A DNA stretch of 64,000 bases, from the NCBI GenBank assembly GCA_937893145.1, contig CALBJW010000011.1, positions 682 through 64,681 on the forward strand, in the 5' to 3' direction. How positions within the stretch are numbered: the first letter of the stretch is position 1; each line of letters begins with the position of its first letter. The notes beneath the pieces were generated by a model. The model was not told the origin of the DNA and ran no database searches. It saw only the letters and a list, made by a program, of their open reading frames with translations. The translations under genes were made by a program, and so were the position numbers. Shown piece by piece: positions 29,806 to 40,182 of this stretch. Origin of the DNA: an uncultured Prevotellaceae bacterium (lineage in GTDB: Bacteria; Bacteroidota; Bacteroidia; Bacteroidales; Bacteroidaceae).

Positions 29806-29875
29806 AGGGATGTACCATTTAGTCATGTACCATTTACCATTGAGCTGCGCATGGTTTGGGGGACTGATATATAAC

Positions 29876-29912
29876 AAAAAAAGACTCACAACAATGTTGT
29901 AAGTCTTTTTTT
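29876..29912. terminator. Bidirectional terminator between trkH and tRNA-Asn
   Basis: aaaaaagactcacaacaatgttgtaagtcttttttt. Confidence 0.7.
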
Positions 29913-29913
29913 G

Positions 29914-29987
29914 CGCTTCAGGATGGGCTTGAACCAACGACCCCATGATTAACAGTCATGTGCTCTAACCAACTGAGCTACTGAAGC
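29914..29987 (-). tRNA. tRNA-Asn: tRNA-Asn (anticodon GTT)
   Basis: Hand-folded cloverleaf from the reverse complement. Acceptor GCTTCAG/CTGAAGC, D arm GCTC-AGTTGGTTA-GAGC, anticodon arm CATGA-CTGTTAA-TCATG. The T arm GTTGG-TTCAAGC-CCATC has one T-T mismatch. No CCA is encoded. Confidence 0.85.
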
Positions 29988-30184
29988 AGATGTTTTGGTT
30001 CTGAAAAGCAGTTGCAAAGGTACACCATATCACGGAAACCACCAAACAAATGCAAAATAAATTTAATATTCAAACGTATTTTTTTGCGAATATAATACGT
30101 TTTTGTGCATATCATTGTCATATTTCACCCATTCGTACGATTAGTTCGTTAAAAAATCGTAACTTTGCAAACAGAAATAAATAG

Positions 30185-31444
30185 ATGAAAGTTTTACTTG
30201 TCAACACATCCGAACGAGTAGGTGGTGCAGCCATCGCTTGTAACAGACTTATGGAAGCCTTGAACCACAATGGAGTCAAGGCTAAAATGCTTGTGCGTGA
30301 TAGGCAGACAGACAATCCTTTGGTTGCAAGTATTCCTAAAGGAATAAAGCAGAAGTTTGATTTCCTTTGGGAACGCGGTGTGGTCTTTCTTCACAACCGC
30401 CTGAAGATGAATGGTGTGTTTGGGGTGGACATCGCAAACACTGGTACTGACATCACCAATATGAAGGAGTTCAAGGAGGCTGATGTTATTCATCTTCACT
30501 GGTCCAATCAGGGATTTCTCTCGCTTCACGACCTCGACAAGATTCTGCATTCGGGCAAGAAGATAGTCATCACTATGCACGACCAGTGGTACTTCACTGG
30601 CATCTGCCATTACTCAAGTCCTTGCATACGCTATCAGTCGTTCTGCACCAACTGCCCACAAATCAAGGGCAAGATGCACGACATAGCAAAGAAGGTGTTT
30701 GAAAAGAAAAAGAAGATGTACTCGTCTTCTCATATCACCTTTGTTGGCTGTAGCAAATGGATTGCCGACATGGCAAGCCTCTCTTCCCTCACCAAAGGAC
30801 AGGAGGTGACGAACATTGCCAATGCTATCGACACTAATGCTTTCTGCCCAAAAGACTGGAAAGAGGCACGCAAGGAGTTTGGTTTGCCTGAAGACAAAAA
30901 ACTCATCCTCTTCGGAGCACAGAAGATTACTGATGAACGCAAAGGTTTCAAGTATCTTGCTGAAGCATGTCGCATCATCAAGGAGCAACACCCAGGAGCG
31001 GCAAGCGAAATAGGCATAGTGGTTGTTGGTGGCAAGTCGGAAGTCATAAGCAATGCCCTTCCACTCCCTGTTTATGCTGTGCCATATATCAGCGAGGAGA
31101 GTCAGATGGTCAAACTGTATAACACTGTTGATATCTATGCTACTCCTTCCCTTCAGGACAACCTTCCAAACACTATCGTTGAGGCGATGTCGTGTGGCAT
31201 TCCATGTGTCGGTTTCCGTGTTGGTGGCATTCCTGAGATGATTGACCATGAAGGTAATGGTTATGTGGCAGAATACTGCGATGCTAACGACTTTGCACAA
31301 GGCATCCTCTGGACTTTAGCTGTTGACAACTACCCAGAACTGAGTCGTGCTGCACGAACAAAAGCCCTCAACACATACAGCGAAAGTGCAGTAGCAAAAA
31401 AATATATAGAAGTATATGATAACGCTCGTATCAGTAACATATAA
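30185..31444 (+). CDS. GT4-family (Glycos_transf_1) glycosyltransferase
   Basis: MKVLLVNTSERVGGAAIA...; the C-terminal motif PSLQDNLPNTIVEAMSCGIPCVGFRVGGIPEMI is E-x7-E type. A TAACTTTG -7 box lies about 20 nt upstream. Confidence 0.8.
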   Translation: MKVLLVNTSERVGGAAIACNRLMEALNHNGVKAKMLVRDRQTDNPLVASIPKGIKQKFDFLWERGVVFLHNRLKMNGVFGVDIANTGTDITNMKEFKEADVIHLHWSNQGFLSLHDLDKILHSGKKIVITMHDQWYFTGICHYSSPCIRYQSFCTNCPQIKGKMHDIAKKVFEKKKKMYSSSHITFVGCSKWIADMASLSSLTKGQEVTNIANAIDTNAFCPKDWKEARKEFGLPEDKKLILFGAQKITDERKGFKYLAEACRIIKEQHPGAASEIGIVVVGGKSEVISNALPLPVYAVPYISEESQMVKLYNTVDIYATPSLQDNLPNTIVEAMSCGIPCVGFRVGGIPEMIDHEGNGYVAEYCDANDFAQGILWTLAVDNYPELSRAARTKALNTYSESAVAKKYIEVYDNARISNI

Positions 31445-32201
31445 TGCCGAGAGCACCCTTCTGCGTACCCTGCAGAGTGTGGAATGCCAGACTTACTCCA
31501 ACATTGAGCATATCATCATGGATGGAGGTTCTACGGATGGTACTGTATCATTAGCAGAGGCATATAAGCAACGCATTGGTGACAGGTATAGCGTGATTAT
31601 CGTGAGCGAGAAGGACCGTGGTTTGTACGATGCCATGAACAAGGCTCTCAAGATTGCCACAGGCGATTTCATCTGTTTCCTTAATGCTGGCGACAAACTC
31701 CACTCATCCTGTGTTCTTGCTCAGGTTGCAGATGTTGCCCACAGCAAAAGTGTTGGTGTGGTGTATGGCGACACAGACATAGTAGATGGTAATGGCAATT
31801 ACATTCGTTCTCGCCGTCTCACTCCTCCACACATCCTCACATGGTGTTCGTTTCTGCATGGAATGCTCGTGTGCCATCAGTCATTCTACGTTAATCGCAA
31901 TATAGCACAGGAGTACGACCTCTCTTATCGCTTCTCTGCCGACTTCGACTGGTGCATCCGCTGCCTCAAGGAGGGTGAACGAAAGCAACTCAGGAACATA
32001 TACATCAAGCCTTCTGTCAACAAGGGTTATGCATCGGACTCGAGAATTGTTCTCACCGATTATCTCTCTGAAGGCATGACAACAGCCAACCACAGGGCTT
32101 CGCTCAAGGAGCGTTTCCACATCATGGCTAACCATTACGGACTAACAAAAACAATTATACAACACATCTGGTTCGTTCTCAGAACCGTAATAAAAAGGTA
32201 A
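31416..32201 (+). CDS. GT2-family glycosyltransferase
   Basis: ITLVSVTYNAESTLLRTLQSVECQTYSNIEHIIMDGGSTDGT and FLNAGD are present. It overlaps the GT4 stop by 29 nt. Confidence 0.8.
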   Translation: MITLVSVTYNAESTLLRTLQSVECQTYSNIEHIIMDGGSTDGTVSLAEAYKQRIGDRYSVIIVSEKDRGLYDAMNKALKIATGDFICFLNAGDKLHSSCVLAQVADVAHSKSVGVVYGDTDIVDGNGNYIRSRRLTPPHILTWCSFLHGMLVCHQSFYVNRNIAQEYDLSYRFSADFDWCIRCLKEGERKQLRNIYIKPSVNKGYASDSRIVLTDYLSEGMTTANHRASLKERFHIMANHYGLTKTIIQHIWFVLRTVIKR

Positions 32202-32205
32202 AAAG

Positions 32206-33894
32206 ATGAAAGTTTTCAAATTTCAGCCAGAGCTCGTTAAGACTCTGAAGAACTACAACAAGCAGAAATTCACAGCCGACCTCATGGCGGGTATCATCGT
32301 GGGTATCGTGGCACTCCCTCTTGCCATCGCCTTCGGTATCGCTTCGGGTGTCACTCCAAAGGAGGGTATCCTCACAGCCATCGTAGCAGGTTTCGCCATC
32401 AGTGCCTTTGGTGGTAGCCGCGTACAGATTGGTGGTCCTACAGGTGCATTCATCGTCATCATCTACGGCATCATTCAGCAATACGGAATGGACGGACTCA
32501 TGATTGCAACCATCCTCGCAGGTCTCTTCCTCATCCTCTTGGGTGTGTTCCGTCTCGGTACCATCATCAGTTACATCCCTTACCCAATCATCATTGGTTT
32601 CACATCAGGTATCGCACTCACCATCTTCTCTACTCAAATCAAGGACCTCTTCGGTCTTCAGATTGAGGGAGCTGTACCAACAGACTTCATCGAGAAGTGG
32701 ATTTGCTACATAAAGAACTTCTCAACTGCCGACCTCGCCACAAGTATCATTGGTATTCTCAGCGTTGTGGTTATCGCAGTTACCCCACTCATCAACAAGA
32801 AGATACCGGGTTCTCTCGTTGCCATCATCCTCATGACTATTGCAGGTGTGGTTCTCACAAACCAGTTCGGCATTCATGTTGAGACTATCGGCGACCGTTT
32901 CACTATCGACCCATCTCTTCCAGAACCTACTATCCCTACTCTCACATGGGAAAGTGCTAAGGGACTCATCTCTCCAGCCATCACCATTGCCATTCTCGGT
33001 GCTATCGAGTCGTTGCTCTCCGCTACCGTTGCTGATGGTGTGATTGGTAAGAAGCACGATTCAAATCAGGAACTTGTTGGTCAGGGTATTGCCAACCTCG
33101 TATCTCCTATCTTCGGAGGTATTCCTGCTACTGGTGCCATCGCACGTACTATGGCAAACATCTCAAATGGTGGTAAGACTCCAGTTGCAGGTATCATCCA
33201 TGCAGTTGTGCTCCTCCTCATCTACTTCTTCCTCATGCCACTTGCCAACTACATACCAATGTCGTGTCTTGCAGGTGTACTCGTAATCGTAAGTTACAAC
33301 ATGAGCGGTTGGCGTACAGTAAAGCAGTTGATGAAGAACCCTAAGTCTGACATCATCGTGCTTTGGCTCACATTCATCCTCACAGTTATCTTCGACCTCA
33401 CCATCGCTATCGAGGTAGGCATCATGATAGCTTGTCTCCTCTGTATGCGCCGTATGGCTGAGACTACTCAGGTTAGTGTCCTCACAGACGAGATTAACCC
33501 AGAAGAGGAAGTTGACTTCGAGGCTGGCAACATCGAGCATCTCCAGATTCCAGAACATGTTGAGGTATATGAAATCAACGGTCCATACTTCTTCGGTATG
33601 GCAAATAAGTTTGAAGATATGATGAACCGCATGGAGGAACGCCCAGAGGTCCGCATCATCCGTATGCGTCGCGTACCATTCATCGACTCTACAGGTATGC
33701 ACAACCTTCAGAACCTCATCGAACTCAGCCACAAGAACGGCATCGATGTCATCCTTTCTGGTGTCAACGAAGATGTTCGCAAGGTTCTCATCAAGAACAA
33801 GTTCGACCAGCTTCTCGGCGAAGAGAATATCTGCCCAAACATCAACCGTGCTCTTGAAGTAGCCGAGAAGGATGTTAAGGAACATTTGAAATAA
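32206..33894 (+). CDS. SulP-family anion (sulfate/bicarbonate) permease with C-terminal STAS domain
   Basis: [28 protein letters not shown]; polytopic core; the C-terminal ...[23 protein letters not shown] is a STAS signature. Confidence 0.85.
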   Translation: MKVFKFQPELVKTLKNYNKQKFTADLMAGIIVGIVALPLAIAFGIASGVTPKEGILTAIVAGFAISAFGGSRVQIGGPTGAFIVIIYGIIQQYGMDGLMIATILAGLFLILLGVFRLGTIISYIPYPIIIGFTSGIALTIFSTQIKDLFGLQIEGAVPTDFIEKWICYIKNFSTADLATSIIGILSVVVIAVTPLINKKIPGSLVAIILMTIAGVVLTNQFGIHVETIGDRFTIDPSLPEPTIPTLTWESAKGLISPAITIAILGAIESLLSATVADGVIGKKHDSNQELVGQGIANLVSPIFGGIPATGAIARTMANISNGGKTPVAGIIHAVVLLLIYFFLMPLANYIPMSCLAGVLVIVSYNMSGWRTVKQLMKNPKSDIIVLWLTFILTVIFDLTIAIEVGIMIACLLCMRRMAETTQVSVLTDEINPEEEVDFEAGNIEHLQIPEHVEVYEINGPYFFGMANKFEDMMNRMEERPEVRIIRMRRVPFIDSTGMHNLQNLIELSHKNGIDVILSGVNEDVRKVLIKNKFDQLLGEENICPNINRALEVAEKDVKEHLK

Positions 33895-33931
33895 ATGCCA
33901 AATGGTAAATGGCTCAATGGTAAATAGCAAA

Positions 33932-34936
33932 ATGAAAGGTCTTGTCATCAGAAATACAGGTTACTCCTACACAGTGCGTGCAGACGAAACAGGAGAAGTC
34001 TTTGACTGCAAAGTCAAAGGCAACTTCCGTATTCGTGGCATTCGCACCACTAACCCAGTAGCCATAGGCGACAGAGTGGAATTTAGGCCAGAAGCCAACC
34101 AACAGATATCAAGCGCATGCCCTCCCCCTTCGGGGGTTGGGGGGCCTCAAGGTCTCATCACCGCCATTCAGGACCGCAAGAATTACATCATCCGTAAATC
34201 TACCAACCTCTCCAAGCAGTCGCACATCATCGCAGCCAATGTAGATATGTGTTTCCTCGTTGTCACCGTCACTCAACCTGAGACATCCCTAACCTTCATC
34301 GACCGTTTCCTCGCAAGTGCAGAAGCCTATCGTGTACCTGTCACACTCGTATTCAACAAAGTCGATTTAATCAATGATGAAGTAGCAGATGAAAACGAAA
34401 TAGACTGGGCATCATACCTCGATGGTGTCATCAACCTCTACGAAACCATTGGTTACAAGTGCATGAAGGTATCTGCCACTACAGGCGAAGGCGTCGAAAC
34501 ACTCCGAGCAGAACTCAAGGACAAGACCACCCTCTTCAGTGGCAATAGTGGTGTAGGCAAATCCACCCTCATCAATAGCCTTGTACCAGGACTCAACCTC
34601 CGCACCTCAGAGATTTCCGATGCCTACAACACAGGTAAGCACACCACCACCTTCTCCGAGATGTACGACCTCCCTATCGGTGGTCGCCTCATCGACACTC
34701 CAGGCATCAAGGGTTTCGGTACCTTCGACATGAAACGTGAAGAAGTGAGCCACTATTTCCGTGAGATCTTCCACTTCTCCCAAGACTGCCGTTTCAACAA
34801 CTGCACCCACACCCACGAGCCTCACTGTGCCGTCCTCGAAGCCCTCGAACGCCACGACATCTCCGAATCCCGCTACAACTCCTACCTCTCCATGCTCGAA
34901 GACGAGAAGGAAGACAAGTACAGACAAGGGTATTAG
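33932..34936 (+). CDS. rsgA: Ribosome small-subunit-dependent GTPase A, with a 12-15 aa insertion encoded by a GC palindrome
   Basis: [15 protein letters not shown]... (OB fold), [14 protein letters not shown] (G1), DTPG, and the C-terminal [16 protein letters not shown] zinc knuckle. The ORF track starts 30 nt earlier (33902). The insertion [15 protein letters not shown] lies at 34111-34155. Confidence 0.85.
   Translation: MKGLVIRNTGYSYTVRADETGEVFDCKVKGNFRIRGIRTTNPVAIGDRVEFRPEANQQISSACPPPSGVGGPQGLITAIQDRKNYIIRKSTNLSKQSHIIAANVDMCFLVVTVTQPETSLTFIDRFLASAEAYRVPVTLVFNKVDLINDEVADENEIDWASYLDGVINLYETIGYKCMKVSATTGEGVETLRAELKDKTTLFSGNSGVGKSTLINSLVPGLNLRTSEISDAYNTGKHTTTFSEMYDLPIGGRLIDTPGIKGFGTFDMKREEVSHYFREIFHFSQDCRFNNCTHTHEPHCAVLEALERHDISESRYNSYLSMLEDEKEDKYRQGY
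34120..34144. repeat. GC-rich imperfect palindrome inside the rsgA coding sequence
   Basis: ccctccccc-ttcg-ggggttgggggg encodes PPPSGVGGP in the OB-fold loop of RsgA. Confidence 0.7.
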
Positions 34937-35039
34937 GAAAAGACAATTGAACCATTCTCATATTTGCACAGTATCATATAGAATAAACGGGGGGCTAGTG
35001 TATAGCTCCCCTAATTAGTATAGTTGAATACACTTGCCA

Positions 35040-38000
35040 CTTCTACAACCTTAAATAATAAGGAGTGTGTACACATACGAAATGCCCGTATATTCTTATG
35101 TATCTTTGCAAAATCCCCTTTCTTATTTTCTTCCAATATGCATAGTCTTAAATGATTCCTCGCGTAAAAGAATATCCTGTTCATACTTTTCTAAAGAATA
35201 TAACTTATAGAAAACCATTTGTTCAATTGTTAAATCAATTTTAGTATCATCTTTGTATCTATGACCATAAAATGCCATTGATCCATCATCGCGTTTGGTA
35301 ATTTGTTCTAGTATAAATGTCATCATCGGCTCTGATTTATATGACACATAAAATCCTCCAATGGTTGCATTTACGATGTTTTTAGACTGTTCACATAAGA
35401 AATATTGCCTTGTTCCATTAAGGGTGGGGTGATAAACTGTCATCATGTCATCTTTTATATCAGTTACAATTCCGTAGGCATTTCTTATGTATATGATATC
35501 ATTTATTTTATGTATTGACACATTAGTTAAAGGATCGATTGCATGGTATAAAAGATTTCTCTTCTCACCATTTGCCAACATAACACTACATGATTTCTGA
35601 AGCACATCATTACTTATTACTTTGCATGCACCAAAAAACATAGAATACACATAATCCCCTTCTTTTAACCTTTCATAATACCTACTTATTTGAATTTGTC
35701 TATTAAGGTTCCTTACGCTTGACTCTGTTAGGGAAAAAAGTTGAGAATCGACTTCTGTATCAAAATGAATATCACTTTCTTGTATTTCTTTAATGAATCT
35801 TGAAGGATATTTGTTTTGGTTTATGGAACTATTAAAGCCTTCAGAATCTGTTAAAATAAGATTCTTCTCAGCTCTTGTTATTGCAACATACATCAATCTT
35901 CGTTCCTCTTCTTCTCCTGCATTTTCTCTTTCTACTATTGATCTATAGTTTGGTAATATACCTTCAGACAACCCAACAACAAATACATAAGGAAATTCTA
36001 GTCCTTTAGACTGATGAATTGTCATCAGTTTTACTTTTCCTGTTACTGTTCTCGAATCCTCATCAATATACAAAGCAATATCTTGTAGATAGTTATTCAA
36101 GTTTCTTTCACCCATCCACTCATTATCATACTCATTTGTTGAGTGAAGTAACTCTTTTATATTATCTAGTTTATCTGTATCTTCATCTTTTTTATATTCA
36201 CTCATTAAGTTTGTCTTCTTCAACACAACATCAAGTATATCTGTAACTCTTTGCGTTTTTGACATAACGGATAGTTCATCAATAAGAGTAATAAAGTTTA
36301 CGAGTTCTTTTTTGGCACCAAATAAATTATCTATATGTTTCTTTAATGTGGCATATAAAGATAGATTCTCTTGCTTTGACATTTCTTTCAATTTATTCAT
36401 AGAAGCCTTACCAAACTTACGAGATGGCGTATTTATAACTCTTTCAAAAGACAAATCATCTCCAAAGGCAACAAGTTTAAGATATGCTATACAATCTTTT
36501 ATCTCTTTTCTCTCATAGAATCTTATACCACCCCAGATTACATAGGGTATGCCGTGTTTAACGAACTGCTGCTCAAAAGAACGAGAAATATATGATGCTC
36601 TAAACATTACTGCAACATCTTCATAATTCTTCTGCTTATCAACAATATTCAATATTTGCTTTGCAACCCATTCCGCCTCTAACTCTTCACTTTTGTCATG
36701 ATGATATACTATTCTTTCATCACTTTTGTTTTGAGTAAACAAATCTTTATGAACTCGATTTTTATTGTTACTAATAACGGAATTTGCAACTGATAAAATC
36801 TTTGAATTTGATCTATAATTTTCGTTGAGAATTATATCCGTATCGGCCTTGAAGTTGACAAACAAAGAAGGATCTGCCCCACGCCACTCATAGATTGCTT
36901 GATCTGGGTCTCCAACGACCATAAGATTACCACATTTTTCGCATAGAAACTTAATGATTTGCCAATCAGTTTTATTACAATCTTGAACTTCATCAACCAT
37001 TATATAATTAAACTTCTCTTGCCAATATTGTCTAACATCATCATGCTTTTCTAAAAGATATAATGCCATATAAATTATATCCGTAAAATCAATTGAGAAG
37101 TTCTTTAGCTGTATTTTTATATATTCAGTAAATTTATCTTGACCAGAATTATCAGCATTAGGGAGGAAATGTTCCACATAATAAGTGGAAGATTTAGCTA
37201 ACGAAATTTCTTTTAAGAATTGTTTTACAGTTAATGCGGATCTGTCCAAACCTAACAATTTCATTACATCCTTAGCATATGTTACACTATCCTCAGTATC
37301 CAAAATATTGAAATTATCAGGCCATCCTAATCTAAATATATCACGTCTCAATACTTTTACACAAAAGCTATGTATTGTACAAATGTTTTCAAAAACCCTA
37401 TACTGTCCATGAAGAATTCTATTTATTCGGAAACGCATCTCGTTTGCTGCCTTATTAGTAAAAGTTAGGCACAGTACATTAGACGGATTAATGCCAATCT
37501 CTGACACTAAATAGGCATAACGACTTGTTAGAACTTTTGTTTTTCCTGTTCCAGCTCCTGCAATTACCCTAACTTTACCTTCTGTGCTTCCAACAGCTTT
37601 TGCTTGTTGTTGATTTAAGGTTTCAAAAAATCCTTTATTTCTTGACAATATGTTTGGTTGAGCAGGTTCTTCCAACATATCTTTCATTGCAAATATACTA
37701 TCCATACTTTTATTTTTACTAACCGCAAAATTACAACATTTTATTGAAAGAACAAATAAAAAGCATTAAAAAACATTTCTCATATCTCAATCTCATCACA
37801 AACAGTAACTCTGTCTTTGAGCATTATTCTCCACGAAGAATATTATAGACGATCACTAGTCGCACACGAGAGCGAAAAAATAAATGAAGTTTGATAGTTT
37901 GGAGAGAAATTACAATTATTGAACCTGAAATATAATAACATCCACATTCATACTAAAATAGATGATTGCACATAATAACCAAAAGATTCTAAGGAGACAT

Positions 38001-39430
38001 ACAAGGACACTAACTTAAAACCCACATCTGAGCAGACTTGAAATGGATTCGCTGTTACCGCCTGAGGCAAAGGCGGCGCCACCGACATCAAGAACTGCCA
38101 GATGCTATGCAAAATGCATAATAGGATGAAGGGGAATAGGTAAGAATCAAGGCAATAGGCAGACTGTCTGCTTGGGTGGTCAGAATAGTTAGGGAGCAAT
38201 CGATAAAAATGTTTTTCTGTAATTATCATAAAAAATATTACAGATAAATTTTTACATTAACATAATTTTTGTATATTTGCAAACTATACTTTTCAAGTAT
38301 ATAATAAATATTAACAGATTATAATAAATCATTCGAATCAAGAATTGTATTTATGAATAATCATTTTGTATGTTTACTCACCATGTAAAATCTAATATAT
38401 GAATTGTTCAAAAGATAGTAAGAAGAAAATTGCTGAAATTCTTAACGCACTAAAAGATCCTTCTTATAAAAAAAAGGATATTCTTAAGTACACTCTTCAA
38501 AATTTGAATTATTACGAACTTGATTTTCTTTACAAGAGAGTTCCTTTAATGTATAAAGGTCTTTTTTCTTTATCGTATCTTGCTCGACATAATTATGAAC
38601 AAATATTTAGCACTTCTATTCAGCCTGTCACGGAAACGATTGATTATATTGGAAAAGAAACCTTCATTATTGTACAACATTATGAATTGCTGAACAAATA
38701 TATTAAGTATCGTGACAAAATTGATAGCTTGGTACTTACAGGCAAATACAAAGACGCCAAAGAATTGCTTAATCAAGTTAATAATACTATTAGCTATTCA
38801 TACTGGGCTGCTTCGTATGAAATCAAAATAGAAAGATTCCTTAATGGACAATCGTCTGCTATAGAATTGCACAATAAGTTATTCTATCGTAACAAAAATA
38901 ACTTATGGGGTAAATTCTGCAATGCCGCATTTTACACAAGTACAAAGGATTATGTGACTGATTTTGAACGTAAATTGTGTTACAATGGTGATAGCCCATA
39001 TTATACAAGGTTAAACAAAATTATTAAGTCTCATTATCTATCTTTTGATGGTATTGACGATGATGAAGGCATGTTTTGTGACATGAACTCATCAATAATT
39101 GACCTTTATAATAATTTCATAAATTATCTATCATGTTTTACTAAACAAATATATCGGGATGATGATTTTAAATACTTCTTGGCTGTACTCAATAAAAAGA
39201 TAAATGATATAAGAATCAAAAATATATTGAACATGACAGATGTTCAATGTCAACATAAAACAGATAATGAAACAAGAAAATCAATTGTTAGAAATTACCT
39301 TACAAGCAATTTCGAAAGCTCCGCTTCTGAAAGTTTAGATTACTTAATCGAACAGCCTTTAGATACAGAAATACTCCTAATATATGTAAAAAGTATAGTT
39401 CTGTTAAAAAAAGAAATAGATGAACCATCA
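35040..39430. other. Low-GC genomic island (two genes) between rsgA and the prophage end
   Basis: There is a visible compositional drop (long A/T runs, AT-rich codon choice) compared with both flanks. The boundaries are approximate. Confidence 0.6.
35123..37705 (-). CDS. SF1A UvrD/PcrA-type helicase (860 aa) with ~220-aa C-terminal extension of repeated Tudor/SH3-like segments
   Basis: Helicase motifs are readable: AGAGTGKT (I), LTFTNKAANEM (Ia), MVDEVQDCN (II), VVGDPDQAIYEWRGA (III), NYRS (IV), TIHQSKGLEFPYVFV (V), YVAITRAEKNL (VI). The tail contains GDYVYSMFFGACKVIS-type beta segments. Confidence 0.8.
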   Translation of the reverse strand: MDSIFAMKDMLEEPAQPNILSRNKGFFETLNQQQAKAVGSTEGKVRVIAGAGTGKTKVLTSRYAYLVSEIGINPSNVLCLTFTNKAANEMRFRINRILHGQYRVFENICTIHSFCVKVLRRDIFRLGWPDNFNILDTEDSVTYAKDVMKLLGLDRSALTVKQFLKEISLAKSSTYYVEHFLPNADNSGQDKFTEYIKIQLKNFSIDFTDIIYMALYLLEKHDDVRQYWQEKFNYIMVDEVQDCNKTDWQIIKFLCEKCGNLMVVGDPDQAIYEWRGADPSLFVNFKADTDIILNENYRSNSKILSVANSVISNNKNRVHKDLFTQNKSDERIVYHHDKSEELEAEWVAKQILNIVDKQKNYEDVAVMFRASYISRSFEQQFVKHGIPYVIWGGIRFYERKEIKDCIAYLKLVAFGDDLSFERVINTPSRKFGKASMNKLKEMSKQENLSLYATLKKHIDNLFGAKKELVNFITLIDELSVMSKTQRVTDILDVVLKKTNLMSEYKKDEDTDKLDNIKELLHSTNEYDNEWMGERNLNNYLQDIALYIDEDSRTVTGKVKLMTIHQSKGLEFPYVFVVGLSEGILPNYRSIVERENAGEEEERRLMYVAITRAEKNLILTDSEGFNSSINQNKYPSRFIKEIQESDIHFDTEVDSQLFSLTESSVRNLNRQIQISRYYERLKEGDYVYSMFFGACKVISNDVLQKSCSVMLANGEKRNLLYHAIDPLTNVSIHKINDIIYIRNAYGIVTDIKDDMMTVYHPTLNGTRQYFLCEQSKNIVNATIGGFYVSYKSEPMMTFILEQITKRDDGSMAFYGHRYKDDTKIDLTIEQMVFYKLYSLEKYEQDILLREESFKTMHIGRK

Positions 39431-39460
39431 CAAGTATGGGGCATAAAACGAAGCGGTTAG
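38399..39460 (+). CDS. Orphan 353-aa helical protein, apparently 3'-truncated by the prophage insertion
   Basis: A long AT-rich ORF with Asn/Lys/Tyr-rich helical sequence and no motif I recognise. The last ~10 codons (..SQVWGIKRSG*) lie in G-rich prophage-type sequence. Confidence 0.55.
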   Translation: MNCSKDSKKKIAEILNALKDPSYKKKDILKYTLQNLNYYELDFLYKRVPLMYKGLFSLSYLARHNYEQIFSTSIQPVTETIDYIGKETFIIVQHYELLNKYIKYRDKIDSLVLTGKYKDAKELLNQVNNTISYSYWAASYEIKIERFLNGQSSAIELHNKLFYRNKNNLWGKFCNAAFYTSTKDYVTDFERKLCYNGDSPYYTRLNKIIKSHYLSFDGIDDDEGMFCDMNSSIIDLYNNFINYLSCFTKQIYRDDDFKYFLAVLNKKINDIRIKNILNMTDVQCQHKTDNETRKSIVRNYLTSNFESSASESLDYLIEQPLDTEILLIYVKSIVLLKKEIDEPSQVWGIKRSG

Positions 39461-39553
39461 AGGAGTTGGAGGCTGTGGAATCGGCAAGGAGTTGGATAAC
39501 ATGGAGTTAGGTGGAGGGTGAGGATGGAGGTCGAGAAAAACGAAATGGTTCGG

Positions 39554-39584
39554 GGGCTTACATTGGTTTACGTTGGGCTTACAT
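39554..39584 (+). repeat. Three tandem GGKYTTACRT units (10-11 bp period)
   Basis: gggcttacat t ggtttacgt t gggcttacat. Further single copies lie at 39618-39626, 39776-39785 and 40461-40471. Confidence 0.75.
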
Positions 39585-39846
39585 CGGGGTGCTAATGGGA
39601 TGCAAAGACGGAGGGATGGTTTACATGGGGGACTTGGAGAGGTGCAATATGGGTGGGTGATTCTGAGGATCTGGCGGTCGGTGTGACCGCTTTTTTTGTT
39701 GGGTTTTGGAATGTTTAACAATGCGAATATATTCCATATAATGATTATTTGGTATATTTGCAGTCAAATAACATAGGGTTTACATAGGGTATAGGACGGA
39801 TTTGATGGAATATACAGGGGTGTGAACCTGGATAAATGACAGGAAT

Positions 39847-40074
39847 ATGGCAAAGGTAATACATGTGCATCTGATAGGAAAAGGCAAAGACTTCTATTTC
39901 AGTAGTATAACTGCGGTTTTCTCGGTACTGGAAGCTGAGGAGATAGGCGTGAGTAAGAGTTATCTGCTTCATGCAGGATTAAGCGGTGGTGGAACGGTGA
40001 TGACAAAGAAAGCGATGATCAAGCAAGGGACGCTTGTATCGGGAGGTAGGAGCAAGAGGCCTAAAGGGCGTTGA
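39847..40074 (+). CDS. Hypothetical 75-aa protein in the prophage left arm
   Basis: This is the only plus-strand ORF in the C-poor arm. A TATATTTG -7 box lies at 39753-39760. Sequence MAKVIHVHLIGKGKDFYFSSITAVFSVLEAEEIGVSKSYL... with a basic tail. A terminator-like hairpin lies downstream. Confidence 0.5.
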   Translation: MAKVIHVHLIGKGKDFYFSSITAVFSVLEAEEIGVSKSYLLHAGLSGGGTVMTKKAMIKQGTLVSGGRSKRPKGR

Positions 40075-40121
40075 AATGGCGTTAGAACGCTGTTTTTGGG
40101 GCGTTTAGAGCGGTTTTAGAG

Positions 40122-40149
40122 CCTCACGGTGGGTTGTGGGGAACGGTGG
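40122..40149 (+). repeat. Prophage intergenic hairpin repeat, copy 0 (degenerate)
   Basis: cctcacggtgggttgtggggaacggtgg. Confidence 0.5.
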
Positions 40150-40182
40150 TGGTGACAGCCAAGGACGGCTGTCAGAAAAAAG

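Noticed and set aside
29914-29987. tRNA-Asn as the attachment site of the prophage or island
   Set aside because: About 5 kb of ordinary host genes (GT4, GT2, SulP, rsgA) separate the tRNA from the low-GC island, and about 9.4 kb separate it from the prophage. The prophage encodes a DDE transposase and MuB-like ATPase rather than an integrase. I found no direct repeat of the tRNA 3' end.
23020-33948. Other long shadow ORFs (23020-23841 +, 27444-28247 -, 30614-31300 -, 33163-33948 -, 26826-27323 -)
   Set aside because: They are antisense to the acyltransferase, trkA, GT4, SulP and dxs/trkA genes, all of which have clear family signatures.
37948-38229. 93-aa minus-strand ORF in the helicase/orphan intergenic region
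   Set aside because: The sequence is not protein-like and it has no promoter or start context. It coincides with the hairpin-dense block, which is better treated as possible RNA or a remnant.
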